Shown here: piece by piece, positions 27,638-40,200 of the stretch | Layout: each line of letters begins with the position of its first letter | Position numbering within the stretch: the stretch's first letter is position 1 | Assembly (NCBI GenBank): GCA_042570105.1 | Contig: JBHPHW010000002.1 | Span: forward strand, 1 to 60,946 | Direction: 5' to 3' | From: Candidatus Omnitrophota bacterium | GTDB taxonomy: Bacteria > Omnitrophota > Gorgyraeia > Gorgyraeales > Gorgyraeaceae | DNA length: 60,946 nt | Notes under the pieces: model-generated | Database searches by the model: none | Seen by the model: only the letters and a program-made list of their open reading frames with translations | Told to the model about the DNA's origin: nothing | Translations under genes and position numbers: made by a program

Positions 27638-27868
27638 CTATCTTCGCGAAGCCCTAATCCTTATTATATCGAGCTCTTTTTTTATGTCTTCAAGCTGAGC
27701 TATTATATCCTGTTGATTTTTTAAGATCTCGTCTATTTTCTCTGAGATAGCGCTTGAATCATTTTTCTCCTCAAGTTTTTTCTCCTTACCAAAACCCTTA
27801 AGAGCAAAAACTCCCAGAGAAATTACCATCACTATTAAAAGCGATAAGCGCCATATCTTTCTCGCCAT
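27638..27868 (-). CDS. small hypothetical membrane-anchored coiled-coil protein (76 aa)
   Basis: ATG behind AAAGAGGT. One TM helix followed by a charged heptad-like tail. No family recognised. Confidence 0.5.
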   Translation of the reverse strand: MARKIWRLSLLIVMVISLGVFALKGFGKEKKLEEKNDSSAISEKIDEILKNQQDIIAQLEDIKKELDIIRIRASRR

Positions 27869-27932
27869 GCATACCTCTTTTTCCTGTCCCTATTTGTATT
27901 ATAACAAATCCAATTTGACCAGTCAATAGGGT

Positions 27933-29654
27933 TTATGATGGGTTCCCGACTCCCATCATTTCACTTAGCTTGTCAAATGGCAGGGTATTTAATATATCCC
28001 CTTTCTCCAGCCATCCTCTCCGCGCAATAGCTACGCCAAACCTCATCGTCTCAAGCTGGTCGGCAATATGCGCATCTGTATTTATTGCCAATCTAACTCC
28101 AAGATCCTTTGCCATACGGCAATTGACATCATTCAGATCCAGCCTCTGCGGAAAGCTATTTATCTCCAAGGCTGTATTTGTATCCTTCGCCACTCTAAGG
28201 ATCTCTTTAAGATTGATCTCGTAAGGCTCTCTTGCCCCCCAAAGCCTTCCGGTAGGATGGGCAATAATATGCACATATTTATTCTTGCACGCCTTTATAA
28301 TGCGCCCTGTCGACTTCTCACTTGATTGCTTAAACCCTGAATGTATAGCCCCTATTACAACATCCATATCCCTTAAAACATCATCCGGATAATCCAGTTT
28401 CCCGTCCGAATCAATATCCACCTCTGCGCCGAATAAGATCTTTATATCCTTGTATTTTCTGTTTAATTTCTCTATCTCTTTTTTCTTGGTCTTTAATTCT
28501 TCCTTATTGAGGCCTCCTGCGATCTTTAGCCCCTGCGAGTGGTCAGTAATAGCAATGTATTCATAGCCCAGTTTCCTCGCCCTTACAACCATCTCCTCTA
28601 TAGAGCTACCGCCATCTGACCAGCTGGAATGTACGTGTAGATCCCCCTTTATATCATTGAGTGTTACGAGATCCGGCAACTTTCCTTTTATGCTGGCCTC
28701 GACCTCTCCCCTATCTTCTCTCAATTCAGGAGAGATATATGAAAGGCCCAGTTTTTTATATATCTCTTCTTCGGTCTTGCCAGCAACCTGCTTATTTTTT
28801 TTGAATAGGCCGTATTCGTTTAGCTTGAAACCCTTTTTTATGGACAATTGACGCAATTTTATATTATGCTCTTTTGATCCGGTGAAATACATTAAAGCTG
28901 CCCCATAAGAAACCCCTTTTATCACCCTCGCATCCACCTGTATGCCATCCTCGGTAACTATTGATGATTTAGTCGGGCCTTTTGCCACAATATCCTTTAC
29001 ATGAGGTAGCGTCGTGAATACATCCATCACCTTTCCCTGCTCTTCCGATGAAACCAATATGTCAATATCCCTTACTGTATCCTTCATCCTCCTGAGGCTT
29101 CCGGCCGGGTTTATCTTCGCCACCTTTTTTGATTTTTTGAGTTGGTCTATAATGGATATGGCCACATCCATTGCTGTCTTTAGATCCATCCTGTCCCGGC
29201 CTCTTTTTAAAAGCTCTATACCGTGCAGGATATTTTCTTCGGTCTTTTCTCTTATACCGGGGAGTTTTCTTATCTTACCAGAATGGGCCATCCTCTCAAG
29301 CATCACTAGATCCTTTATGCCCAGCTCTTCATATAATAACTTTGCTGTCTTAGGCCCTACCCCGGGTATAGTCAATACCTCGAGGATCCCTTGCGGCAGA
29401 TCCTTTTTCAGATCCTCCAGATATTGAAGTCTTCCCTTAGAGACGATCTCCTTTATCTTTTCTTCAAGGTCTTTACCAATACCAGGAATACTTCTAAGCC
29501 TATCCTCCTTGATAAAAATCGCTACATCTTCCGGGATCGATTCTATATTCTGCGCCGCGCGTTCATACGCTCGGATCCTAAATGGATTATCCCCTTTTAT
29601 TTCCAGGATATGCGCGATCTGTCTGAAGATATTGGCGATCTCTTGATTTTTCAT
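27933..29654 (-). CDS. polX: family X DNA polymerase with C-terminal PHP domain
   Basis: NIFRQIAHILEIKGDNPFRIRAYERAA (HhH) plus the PHP motifs DLHVHSSWSDG and ITDHS. Confidence 0.9.
   Translation of the reverse strand: MKNQEIANIFRQIAHILEIKGDNPFRIRAYERAAQNIESIPEDVAIFIKEDRLRSIPGIGKDLEEKIKEIVSKGRLQYLEDLKKDLPQGILEVLTIPGVGPKTAKLLYEELGIKDLVMLERMAHSGKIRKLPGIREKTEENILHGIELLKRGRDRMDLKTAMDVAISIIDQLKKSKKVAKINPAGSLRRMKDTVRDIDILVSSEEQGKVMDVFTTLPHVKDIVAKGPTKSSIVTEDGIQVDARVIKGVSYGAALMYFTGSKEHNIKLRQLSIKKGFKLNEYGLFKKNKQVAGKTEEEIYKKLGLSYISPELREDRGEVEASIKGKLPDLVTLNDIKGDLHVHSSWSDGGSSIEEMVVRARKLGYEYIAITDHSQGLKIAGGLNKEELKTKKKEIEKLNRKYKDIKILFGAEVDIDSDGKLDYPDDVLRDMDVVIGAIHSGFKQSSEKSTGRIIKACKNKYVHIIAHPTGRLWGAREPYEINLKEILRVAKDTNTALEINSFPQRLDLNDVNCRMAKDLGVRLAINTDAHIADQLETMRFGVAIARRGWLEKGDILNTLPFDKLSEMMGVGNPS
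27936..27958. repeat. REP-like element, half copy, embedded in the last codons of polX
   Basis: TGATGGGTTCCCGACTCCCATCA. Its reverse complement encodes the polX C-terminal residues (M)GVGNPS. Confidence 0.7.
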
Positions 29655-29710
29655 GATGCGATTATTTTAACATAGATTTTTTTGGATATAAAGGATATAA
29701 TGGGGGCACT

Positions 29711-31285
29711 ATGGTATTAAAATTCTTGCGTAAAAAAAAGCACATGAAGCGCATAATATGGGGCTTGGCTATCTTGATAATACCTGCCTTTGTCCTGTGG
29801 GGGGCCGGTAGCGCATCTAGAAAAAAGGGAAAGGGCCCAAACTATGCAGGAAAGGTCTTTAATCGAAAGGTCTCCTTTGATGAATATCTAGATATGTGGC
29901 GGGTCTCAAGAGACTATGCCATAAATACATTCGGCAATAAGGTGCCACCTGAATTTATCGACGAGTTATCTTGGAATAGGGTCATCTTATTGGAAGGCGC
30001 AAAAAAGGAATCTATAACTGTAAAAGACGATGAAGTAGTATGGAATATCATCTCGTTTCCGATCTTCCAACGCGACGGTTCATTTGACAAGAAATTATAT
30101 AAATCAATGCTGGGTGAAGGCGTAAGAGGATTTGAAGAAAAATTGAGAGACGATATACGCATCGCCAAACTCAGGGCAAAGATTACCTACGATATTTTTA
30201 TAACCGATGAGGAAGTAAAAGAGGAATACAAAAAGCAATTTGAGAAGATAAAGGCATCGTATATACCCATACCATTTGCCGGATCAAGGGAAGGCATCCA
30301 ATATGAAGAGGGTAACCTCACTGAACATTATGAAAACAATAAAGAGAGTTTTATAAAACCTGACCATATAAATCTTAAATACATAGAAATCCTCTTTTCT
30401 AGGTTTGAGGACGAAGTCCAAATAGAGGAAGAAGCGATAACGCGATATTTTGAGGAACATATGGCGGATTTTGAAAAACAGGATTCTGAAGAAACACCCT
30501 TGTTAGACGACGAAATAAGAAAAACTATAAATGATTTATTGAGTTCGAAGAGGAAGACTGCCATTGCTGAAGAAGTTGCTTACAGGGCCCTGGATGATGT
30601 GCTCGAAGAAAAGGATCTGGATAAAACAGGCGCTTCTTTCTCATTGGAAATCAAGGAGACAGGATTCTTCAATATGCAGCAAGAGATCCCGGGCATTGGC
30701 TGGTCATATGAACTTGCAAAAAAAGGGTTTGAGCTTGCTCCAGAAGAAATCTCTAATACCCTTACTAAAACCGACAAGGGCTTTTATATTATACAATTAA
30801 AGGAAAATAAGGAAAGCTATATACCTGAACTAGCGGAGGTCAAAGACGATGTAATAGAGTCCTACATAAAGAGTAGATCTATGGAACTTTCCAAGGGGAT
30901 AGCAGAAGAAACTCTATCTAATATAAAGGATAAGATGCGAGATGGAATGAGTTTTAAAAACGCTGCAACTGAATTTAATCTCGAGATCAAAGAAACTGAT
31001 TTTATAAATCGCTCCGGCTATATACCAGGCCTTGGCCCTGCCAAAGATTTTGCTGATATTGCCTTTTCTTTAGAAAAGACTGCTATAGGCGGCCCTGTAA
31101 AGATGCAGGAAAACTGGGCGATCTTAAAGCCTGATGGATACGAAGAGATAGATGAAGTCAAGTTTATTGAAGAAAAGGAAAGTTTTAAAGAAGAGCTTTT
31201 ATCGAATAAAAAAAATACCGCCTTTGATGAATGGTTTGAAGATCTAAAAAAGGAAGCGAATTTCGTAAGCTATACTTCAGAATAG
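29711..31285 (+). CDS. PpiD/SurA-like periplasmic chaperone (membrane-anchored, degenerate parvulin-like region)
   Basis: N-terminal basic stretch plus a TM helix (KRIIWGLAILIIPAFVLWG). Length and composition resemble PpiD. No clear rotamase catalytic motif seen. Confidence 0.6.
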   Translation: MVLKFLRKKKHMKRIIWGLAILIIPAFVLWGAGSASRKKGKGPNYAGKVFNRKVSFDEYLDMWRVSRDYAINTFGNKVPPEFIDELSWNRVILLEGAKKESITVKDDEVVWNIISFPIFQRDGSFDKKLYKSMLGEGVRGFEEKLRDDIRIAKLRAKITYDIFITDEEVKEEYKKQFEKIKASYIPIPFAGSREGIQYEEGNLTEHYENNKESFIKPDHINLKYIEILFSRFEDEVQIEEEAITRYFEEHMADFEKQDSEETPLLDDEIRKTINDLLSSKRKTAIAEEVAYRALDDVLEEKDLDKTGASFSLEIKETGFFNMQQEIPGIGWSYELAKKGFELAPEEISNTLTKTDKGFYIIQLKENKESYIPELAEVKDDVIESYIKSRSMELSKGIAEETLSNIKDKMRDGMSFKNAATEFNLEIKETDFINRSGYIPGLGPAKDFADIAFSLEKTAIGGPVKMQENWAILKPDGYEEIDEVKFIEEKESFKEELLSNKKNTAFDEWFEDLKKEANFVSYTSE

Positions 31286-31287
31286 CC

Positions 31288-34200
31288 TCACACATTGTCC
31301 AAATGCCTTCTGGCATCCTCAAATCTATCAGGCGTTAACCTTAATCCTTCTTTTCCAACCTCATTATCATGCACTGCGAGTAGGCTTATAAAATATAATT
31401 GCATTGTTTTATCCTGTAAATTATCTAAGATAATATAATGTCTATCTTTGGATGATTCAATATAGTCTTCTATTTTCTTTCTTTGGTCCTCGTTATCTAC
31501 AGCAATCACTGCCTCTTCATTGGCTTCGAGTTTACTTATCTTTTCACCAAGCTCTTCTAAGCCAACTCTATCTAGTTCACCTTGCTCAAATAGATTCCTT
31601 CCATCAAATAAAACAGGGGTTAGTTCTCGTGCCTCTCTTGAAGCAGGCTTCTGAAACACCCTGGCTATCATATGCCTCGTATTTTTTGCATATTTATTGA
31701 CACGCCATTGCCATTTTTTGTGCGGAAGGATATCCAGCTCTTCTAATCCTGCTGATTCAGCATCTCGATCTACATCTCTCTCTCTGTAAACAAAATTATC
31801 CTCCTGTATATCTTTATAAGTGACTGTATCTGAGAAATATATCAATCCACTGGTTTTGGAAAGTGTCCCAAGATTCCTTACAAATGTCATTCTTACCTCA
31901 TCCTGGAAGAATCTCTCAGCATTTATCACATAGCCACTTTTTTTTGCTTGTGGGAGGTCATGGTGTACAAATAACTCTTGGTAAGCGTATTCCACCATAG
32001 ATAATGGCAGCTGACTATAAACCCTTTCTGCCAGAACTAAATCTGCAGAATCTTGTTCCATGGTCTCTATCCAGGCCCCGACATAAAGCTCTGTATCTCT
32101 TAGTAGAGCAATATAGGCGTCGACTACTTCCCTGTAATCAGAAGGGCCATTGCGTATTTCTTCTATCCTATCACAAAATTCTCTCACCATGCCTGAGACA
32201 TCTGACTGTCTAATCTCTACGCGCCCTCGTAATGCTTCAGGGACACTATTATAAGCAAACTCCAAGGCATCCTTGTCTAAATCTACCAGGATTACTCTTT
32301 TAAATGCTTTCACTAGCTGACTTACCTGATTTGCTCCTGCACCTAAAACAATGGCTACACCTCTCTCGTTGTCAGAGAGATCTTCAATAACCGCCTCTAA
32401 ATTTTCCCGTCTTATCTCTAAATCTTTTTCATCATCTAAACCAGCAAATCCTCCTTTATACCCTTTGAGCCTGCGTGTCCCTTCCATAAAGAACATCTCC
32501 ATGAACCTATCAAAAGGTGCGGGTTGCTCCTGCGCGGTTTCTCCAGGACCAACCTTTTTTTCTTCCGTTTCAGTGTCGGAGGCGTCACCGGGGATACCGC
32601 GCCCTGCCATGTGGATTGGCGCGGCATCAGTAGCAGATGATTTGACCAGTACATACCCTCCGGTAGACCCCTGCAGTACCCTCACATGAAACCCTGCATT
32701 TTCAAAAGCAGGAATAAACTCTGGGTTTGGGGCTATTATACCAACTCTCACCAAGAATCGTCCGTCGGGTTTCAGAACACGGCTAATTTCCTCTGCCGCT
32801 CGTTCATAAAACGCTTTGGCATCCTTAAAACCTTCTCTATGCATACCTCTCATTCCGAAGTATTCCTCATTGAATAATCCAAAGCTGATAACTAGGTCAA
32901 ATTTCCCATCAGCAAAAAATGGCATATCTTGGACAATGCCTTTATAAAAAACTGGTTCAGAGCCATCCTCTATTTCTGGACTTAAACCAACTACATCTTT
33001 ATCTTGAGCCCGCAAGGAGTTCACGAGATCAGTCTTCAAAATTCGATACTTTGGTGCCTCTAATCCCACATCCAAGATACTGCCACGCAGGAGGTCTTGA
33101 GAGTCAAATCCAAGCTCATGAGCTTGCTCATCAATCGCACGCAGCAGTGCGTTAAGCGCACGAACGTCGGGACTTACATCCTGAAGTCTTCGCCTATCTT
33201 CTATTATCGCATTGTAAGTCATCATGGCGCGCAGATAAGAGAAAAGTATGCCCATTGGCTTTCCAGGTTTATATCCAGCTTCGATTGGTGAAAGCAGGAA
33301 TTCACAGGCGACCTTTTCAGCATAACTAAGCCCTGATCCTTTTATCTGTTTAAAATTATTTTCTTTTTCCCTTACTATAAATAACTTTGCCTTTATCCTG
33401 CCTTCACTGAAATGCTCGGCAACTAATTTTATGAATGAAGTGGTTGCCCCTGTACCCCAAGAATCTACAATTACTAGACGATTGTGTACCAATATGCCTG
33501 CGCGGTCCATCTGTCTATAGAGCTCTCTGGCAGCTCTTCTAAATTTAGGATCAGTTTCTAGTAATCCTTCGAATCCCTCACGTAATTCACGCTCAAAATC
33601 CTTAAGTGATAAATTCTCCAATCCCTTGCCTAATCTAAGCATCTCTTCTCTTACATCTATGTAATTGTTCTGTAGGCTTACATAGATCAAAGAAGAATCA
33701 GACCTACTCGACCCTGAACGACTTGATAAATAATCAGTTTCATAAAATGGGCCTGCATCCCTGGCAATAAAGACTTTATGTTCTCTGGGAAACTTTTCAG
33801 AGATATCCCTTAAAAGCCTAGGATACAGGGGAACGGCACCCTGCAATCTTCTGTAATCAGTTACGAAATATTCATAATCGGATAAAAGGCTCGCTTTTAA
33901 TCTTTGCAATTCTTCCGCAGTCGGCTCTTCTCCTCTCAATAACATACCAGCCAAAAATACAATATCATCTATTATGCGGTCTTTTGAAGGATCGCCTTTC
34001 TTAAGCTCTTTGGTCTTCTCTTTTAATTTCGCAAGCATATCATCTGGAGAAAGCGGCCTATCTTTAGGTAAATCTTCTAAATCCTTTAAGGTAAGGCTCT
34101 GGTAAAATCTATTTATTCCTGATTCTAATCTGCGGCGATAATTTTCATATAATGCCTTTATATGGTTAATATCGACTTCTTCTAATTCTTTCTTATAGAC

Positions 34201-37200
34201 CTTATACAAGGCTATCAAATGGACCAAACTAATACTTCCATACTCAATAGAGTCGACACCGGGAAGCATACCTTTTTTAGCTATCTCCGTTAAAGCAAAA
34301 ACTGGTATTTGAGATATACCGTCTCTCGTCACATCTGAGGTGCCGATTCCTTCGGCCTCCAACTCCTCTTCCTCTTCCTTAACCTTCAAATCCCTTAAAA
34401 TATCAAGTGTCTTCTCTAATCCCTTATCAGTTCTAAATTGCTCAAGGGCAGCACTCATCCATTCACCTAAAGAGGATAAAGTTATACTTTCCTCATCTAA
34501 GAGCCCATGGAAGATTGTTTTTATTTCATTGGGCATATCTATATTGAGATAAGCACACAACTCATCAACGCTTTTAACTTGCAGCTCGAGAGACGCAGCA
34601 TACTCTTTTCTTTTTTCCTCCCGTAGATACGACGGCAATTTGGACAATCTCTCTTCAAGACTAAACCTATCATTCGCCTCCATGCCAAACTCTACATCCT
34701 GCAGGCCATAAAGACGCTCTATACCTATTCTTCCTTCCCGGGCATTGTATCTAATAAGTGCAAATTCTGCTTGATTGAGTCTTTCTCTGGTGAGGTGAGG
34801 TTGTTCGAGGAGAACTTGCCTTAGGCGCTCTATTAGTTCATACTCTGTCATATTAAAAGGATTCTTGCCTTCTTGATTCTCGCCTTTTTGTCTAAGTATT
34901 TGGTAGGCCCTTCTTACATCTTTACCGCATCCCCTTAAGAATGTGTGGGGATTTACTCCTTCGGGTAGTTCGTCAGGATGCCCAGCATAATATGCCTCTT
35001 TTAGTTCATGGAATATAGCGATAGGATTATCTTGAAGGGATTCTGCAATATAAATATTATCTCTATCTCCAAAGCCTCTTATATGAGTATTGTCCTCTAT
35101 TAATCTTATCTCCTGGCCTGATTTTGTAGTTATTGTTTCATCTAGCAATTTTACCCTAGCTTCGTTTTTATCTTCAGTATAAAGAGTAAAGAGCCTCCTG
35201 CTACTGCGATACGGCTTATAGTATAATACAAGATCTCCATTCTCTTCCGTTGCAATAATATTTTCTTTTACCTGTTTTAGTTTCCCGCCTTCTTTAATAA
35301 ACAGCTTACCTATGAGATTGCCTGCTTTTGTCTCTTTAATACTCCGTCTTGCCCATTCTAGATAATCCTTTTCATATGGTGGTTTGGTCTCAGGGATAAA
35401 ACCTCCATGCAATATTTCCGCAACAATAGACCAGCGATCAGCAATCTTATGTTGAAAATAACTTAAGGTTTTATTATTAATGAAATGCTCACGATATATT
35501 TCGCTCATGAGAAAATAAAGCTTTTCTTTATCTCTATCTTCCTGTATAGCAGCATTAAATATATCGATAATTGTATCTATGTTTTGTTGTTTATACAGTT
35601 GGATGTGGACATTTTTATTCTCGCTAAATCCGACTTTAATAGTCGCTTCTGCTTCTCTAGTTATAAATGGTATAATTATATGGAGATTTACCTCTTCTGT
35701 GATTCCTTCTTTCTCCATTTTAGACAAAACTTTATCAATCATTACGTAGAGTTGTCCTTGCGGTGAATAAGCAACATCATCTATAATCACTATGTCATAG
35801 CCTTCTTCAATAAACTCTCCTATATTCTCTTGGATTTCTTCATCTTTACTTACATAAAGGACTTCCTCTGCAGGAGGCAGTCCTTTTTCCCTGGCTAGTT
35901 CATCAACCCAGGCATTGCTCTTTTCCAGATGTGTGGGTTCTGACTCGGGGTCCTCTTCTCGGCCTTCGGGTTCCAAAAGTTTCCTCCGCAGCACAACAAT
36001 ATATGGTCTACCTTTATTATTATCATTAAACTTTTCTACAGACTTCTCCAGCGCTGCTTCAAATTCTTCCTGATTAATATACGTGATATGATCTATAATG
36101 AATCTCGCAAGTTCTTGTAGCTTAGGGGGATGGGCAGTTATCCATTCTTCAGCTTTTTCTGGATCTATGGAATTATCAAGAAGTGGTCTTTGGACTACAG
36201 TTTCAGGAGAGACTGGTCTTTCTCTATCATTAAGATAAGTCTTGAGGATTGCTCTCCTGCTTGGGTCTGGCATTTTGAAACCTTCAACACCGACGTTTCT
36301 CTCTATTTCTTCAATGACCCCTAAAATCTCATTAATCCTACTCTCTAGCGCCTCTATATCATCATATGCAGAGATAATATCGTCGTAATACTCTCCTCCT
36401 ATACCTTGCCCTTCAAGCAAACCCCTGACGTGAAGGTCTATATCTGCACCTCCTGCAACTATTCTTAGCTTATCATCTGGTCTACTGGCCCTCCATGCGG
36501 TAAAGATTTTTTTTCCATCGGGATGTTTTAAGGTTGCCTTCTCAGGATCGGTCAAAAAACCAAGTTCAAGATAAGACAATAGTCTTTTTTCATGTTTATT
36601 CTCGTATGGGGTTGTCGAAACATAGCCTGCCCCAATGAAATCTGTTACAATTGACCCTCCCTGTATCAATACTGGGATAAGCGCAATGTTTGTAATATTA
36701 GTTGCATTATAAGAATCCCAAGGCACTATATCGCCGCCTTTAACAACTATTCCACCAATGTTACTCGCCACAACAGTTCTCATGGGCATCAATTTAAGAC
36801 TGTCAAGCTTCTCTCGAAACTTGTCTTGTTTCATAAGATCGACTTCAAGAAGAAAGAAATCCTCGTTTTCCTTCAGACCATTGAGTTGGAGATTAAGACG
36901 CGCTTCATTTAATCTATCAGGATTTTTTTCGCACAAAATAACTTTTCCTGCTCCAAGTTTAGCTGCTACCAAAGAAAGCATACCATCGCCTGCGCCCATG
37001 TCTACGAATCGTACTCCATCTAAGTCAGTTTCGAATAATAACAGCATAGTCACTATAGTATGTAGCCCAAGACTGTCATTAACTCCCTGCGTAGCAATAA
37101 TACTCTTGGATAGTTTGTTTACCAAAATAACATTATTACTCAAGTCTTGTTTTAAATCATCACTGAGTAGATCGTACGACTTATCATCTAGAAAGAACAA

Positions 37201-40200
37201 AAATCCAACTCGGATAAAACCGATACCTGATAACGTAACCCATGTTTCCCTACCATAACTTTTATCTTTATGCCGAAGATCACTGCGATAGGGTGGCCAA
37301 TTTCTCCAATACCACAGAGCAAGCTCATCAACAATCCGTTCACTGAGTTTATGACTATAATCTTCATCCCAACGCTCTGCAAGAGTAGGTTTTTCACCAC
37401 GCACCTCTTCGATAGCCTCGCGCACCCCACCATGAATCCATCTACCCGGAGTCATAACTTCATCATAAATCGAAGAGAAAAGTGCTGGTTCTTCTTCTAT
37501 AATCTCTCTCAATGCCTCAATTTTAATCTCGCGTGTGTCAGCCAAAAATAGAAGATCAACTAAACTCAAGAGAAACTCATCGACTTCTCCTGCAGGCCCG
37601 ATACTGCCTGGGTCGATTATTTGGATACGACCTTCAGGAGTAACATAGTACTGGAAATCTTCATCAACTATAGCTAATCCACGCCTGGCGAGCCTGTCTT
37701 GGATACCTCTGAGGTCTCTAAATGTCGCAGCAGTTATAAACTCAGGTACTACTTTTGGGAAATCTCCCGGTACAACATCCATGACGATATTCGGATTTCC
37801 TTCTCCGTCTACAAAAATACCATGAACACTCGGTCCAATTCCTAGTTCATCAAGGATCAATGCGCTCTGGTAATCCTTGAGGAATCCATGGAATAGATCT
37901 TTAGTTTCACTTGAGGTAAGCTCTAGCGAATCAACTTTAGAGCGCAGATCATCTGCAATTTGCAAGCCCTGGTATTCTCTCAGTAGCGCAACAAATTTAT
38001 GAACATCTTCTTTGAAATCATTGAACAAAAGATGCGTTCTTATGGCAACGGGGCGTCCATCTTCTAAATATCCTAACCTCACGTAAGAATTCGAACCGCC
38101 ATGTTCTTTGCCTAACAAAAACACACCATCAACATCATCTGGCATGTTCACATCCACAATTCGATGAGGTACAGGGGCTGTCTTAGGATCTCTCATGTGC
38201 GTTGGATACGGTAGGTTTTCGGATGAAATATTCTTGGTAGTAAGATATTTAGCCGTAAAGCCTGGCTGATTACTATAAAAGGGTACAGCGCGGGCCTTAA
38301 CGCTTCTTCCAATCTCATCATCAGCCTTGGCAATAAGTTGCTGCACTAAAGGCGGGATAGGTTGAAACGCGTTGATTTCTCGCATAATCCTAAATATTTC
38401 TCTTATTCTTCCTTCTCCTAAGGTCGTAGCGTGATCATATAAAATACCTAGTTTCATATATTCTCTTATGTGCTCAGGAGGCACATCTTTTAGAATGCCT
38501 GCCGTTCTCTGAGCCATCAATGTAGATAATGCGACAAAAGAACCTTTGACTGACATCAAGTTTCCTGGCGTTATTAAGTCTTTGGCCTTCGCAATCAAAT
38601 CCTTATATTGTGGCTCGATCACTAAATCAGTACCACTGAGTAGCACGCCGTTCGAATATACCATACTAAAATATACTGAATGCATTGACTCTCTTGATTG
38701 GACTGATGGCATACTGTCTTTTCCAAATATCTTAATATCACAAAACATACGACGGGAATTAATACCCAATCTTTCCCTCAATTCTCCCTTCATCTCTTCA
38801 GAAAAATCGCCTTCTTTACTATGATAATCAACCTCATCTCTGACTATCGCTACTAAATCTAAATCGGTCGGATTTTCCTTAAACAAGAAACTCCCTATAA
38901 TATATACTGCCTCTATGGAATCTTTATATTGAGGGACTATATGATCGATTATTTTAGGAAGCAACTCTTGAAGTGTTGCTATTCTTTCTCTAGCAATCCT
39001 TTTTTCCTCATCGGTTAATATAGACCAAAAAAGGTTTCTGGATAGGCTAGGTTCCCCTTGCAACTTTTCTTCAAACTCTTCCCTTTCCATCATAGCATGG
39101 ACAAATTCAGCATGTGACCAGGTGAGATCTCTTACTCCCTGCGGCTCTCCTGTATCTCTATTTATCTGCTCACTCATTGAGCCATCAAGAGGGATATGGG
39201 CTAATGACCATCTGAAGAAATCAGTGCTTCTTTCATATGCCTTCATGGCTTTCTTGCGATCATCTTCATTCCCTCCTTCTTTGTATCTTTCAAGGAACAC
39301 TCTCGCAAGCCTTGCGTAATATTGACTGACTCCCAAGGTAGTAATAAACCATGGGTTGCCTTTTTCATCTTCAGGCCTCTTTTCATATACAACTGTATCT
39401 CCGCTATAGTAATCCTCAGGAAATCTCCCGATACCAAATCCAACTCCAACCTTTTTAGACCAGGCCTGGTCATGTCTATATTCATCCCTAAACATCTCGA
39501 CCTCTCTCAGATCAAGCTCTTCTATTCTCCCGACAGAATCATCAACATCATATGCATAAATACTACCTAATATGCCTGATATATCCAGACCCTGTCGATT
39601 CTTATACTCAAGACTAGTAGGCGCTGAATTAAGATCTTCAGAGCTTAATTCTTCAGGGTCTAAAAAGCTCACTATAAAACCTTCTTCCTCATTATAATAT
39701 CTTTCGATTCTCTCTTTTAAGCTAGCTGCTGTGTCTTTGTATCTTTCTGTGTCTTCATTATACGTAAGAGCAGTGGCCAATTTGGAACCCCTTACTAATG
39801 CTGCTCTCATCTGTTTATCTGTAAAGAAGTGATGGGCTAATATATCTTCCCATAGATCAAAACACTTCTTATGCCAATTATCCACAATATACTCAAGATC
39901 TAATCTGATATCTGAATAAATTTCCTTTACCTGTTCTATCTTGCCTTCTTTTAAAAGTTCTTCACAATACTCAATAAGCGCTACGCTTCTTAATGCTGGG
40001 CCATCGTGTTGGGGATTAGGACTCCATAAAAGATCTGGCTCTCCAGTCTCTGCATCGTATTTAGCATATCCTTTTCCAAATCTACTAAATTCTCTAAGCT
40101 TATCTATTTTAGCTCGCAATTCATCCTTGGATACAACCCCGTCTGCCGCTTTATATAACCTAGTTAGCATCCTAAGTGCTCTACTTGAATCTCGTACCCA

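Noticed and set aside
34981-35010. A fifth 'HExxH-like' string, AIFHELKEAYYAGH.
   Set aside because: It reads HELKE, not HExxH: the second His is missing at +4. It is not counted as a zincin motif.
35761-35820. Phosphoribosyltransferase-like acidic motif YDIVIIDDVAYSPQGQ.
   Set aside because: It has the hydrophobic-DD core but lacks the following (S/T)G.T PRPP loop. Too weak to call.
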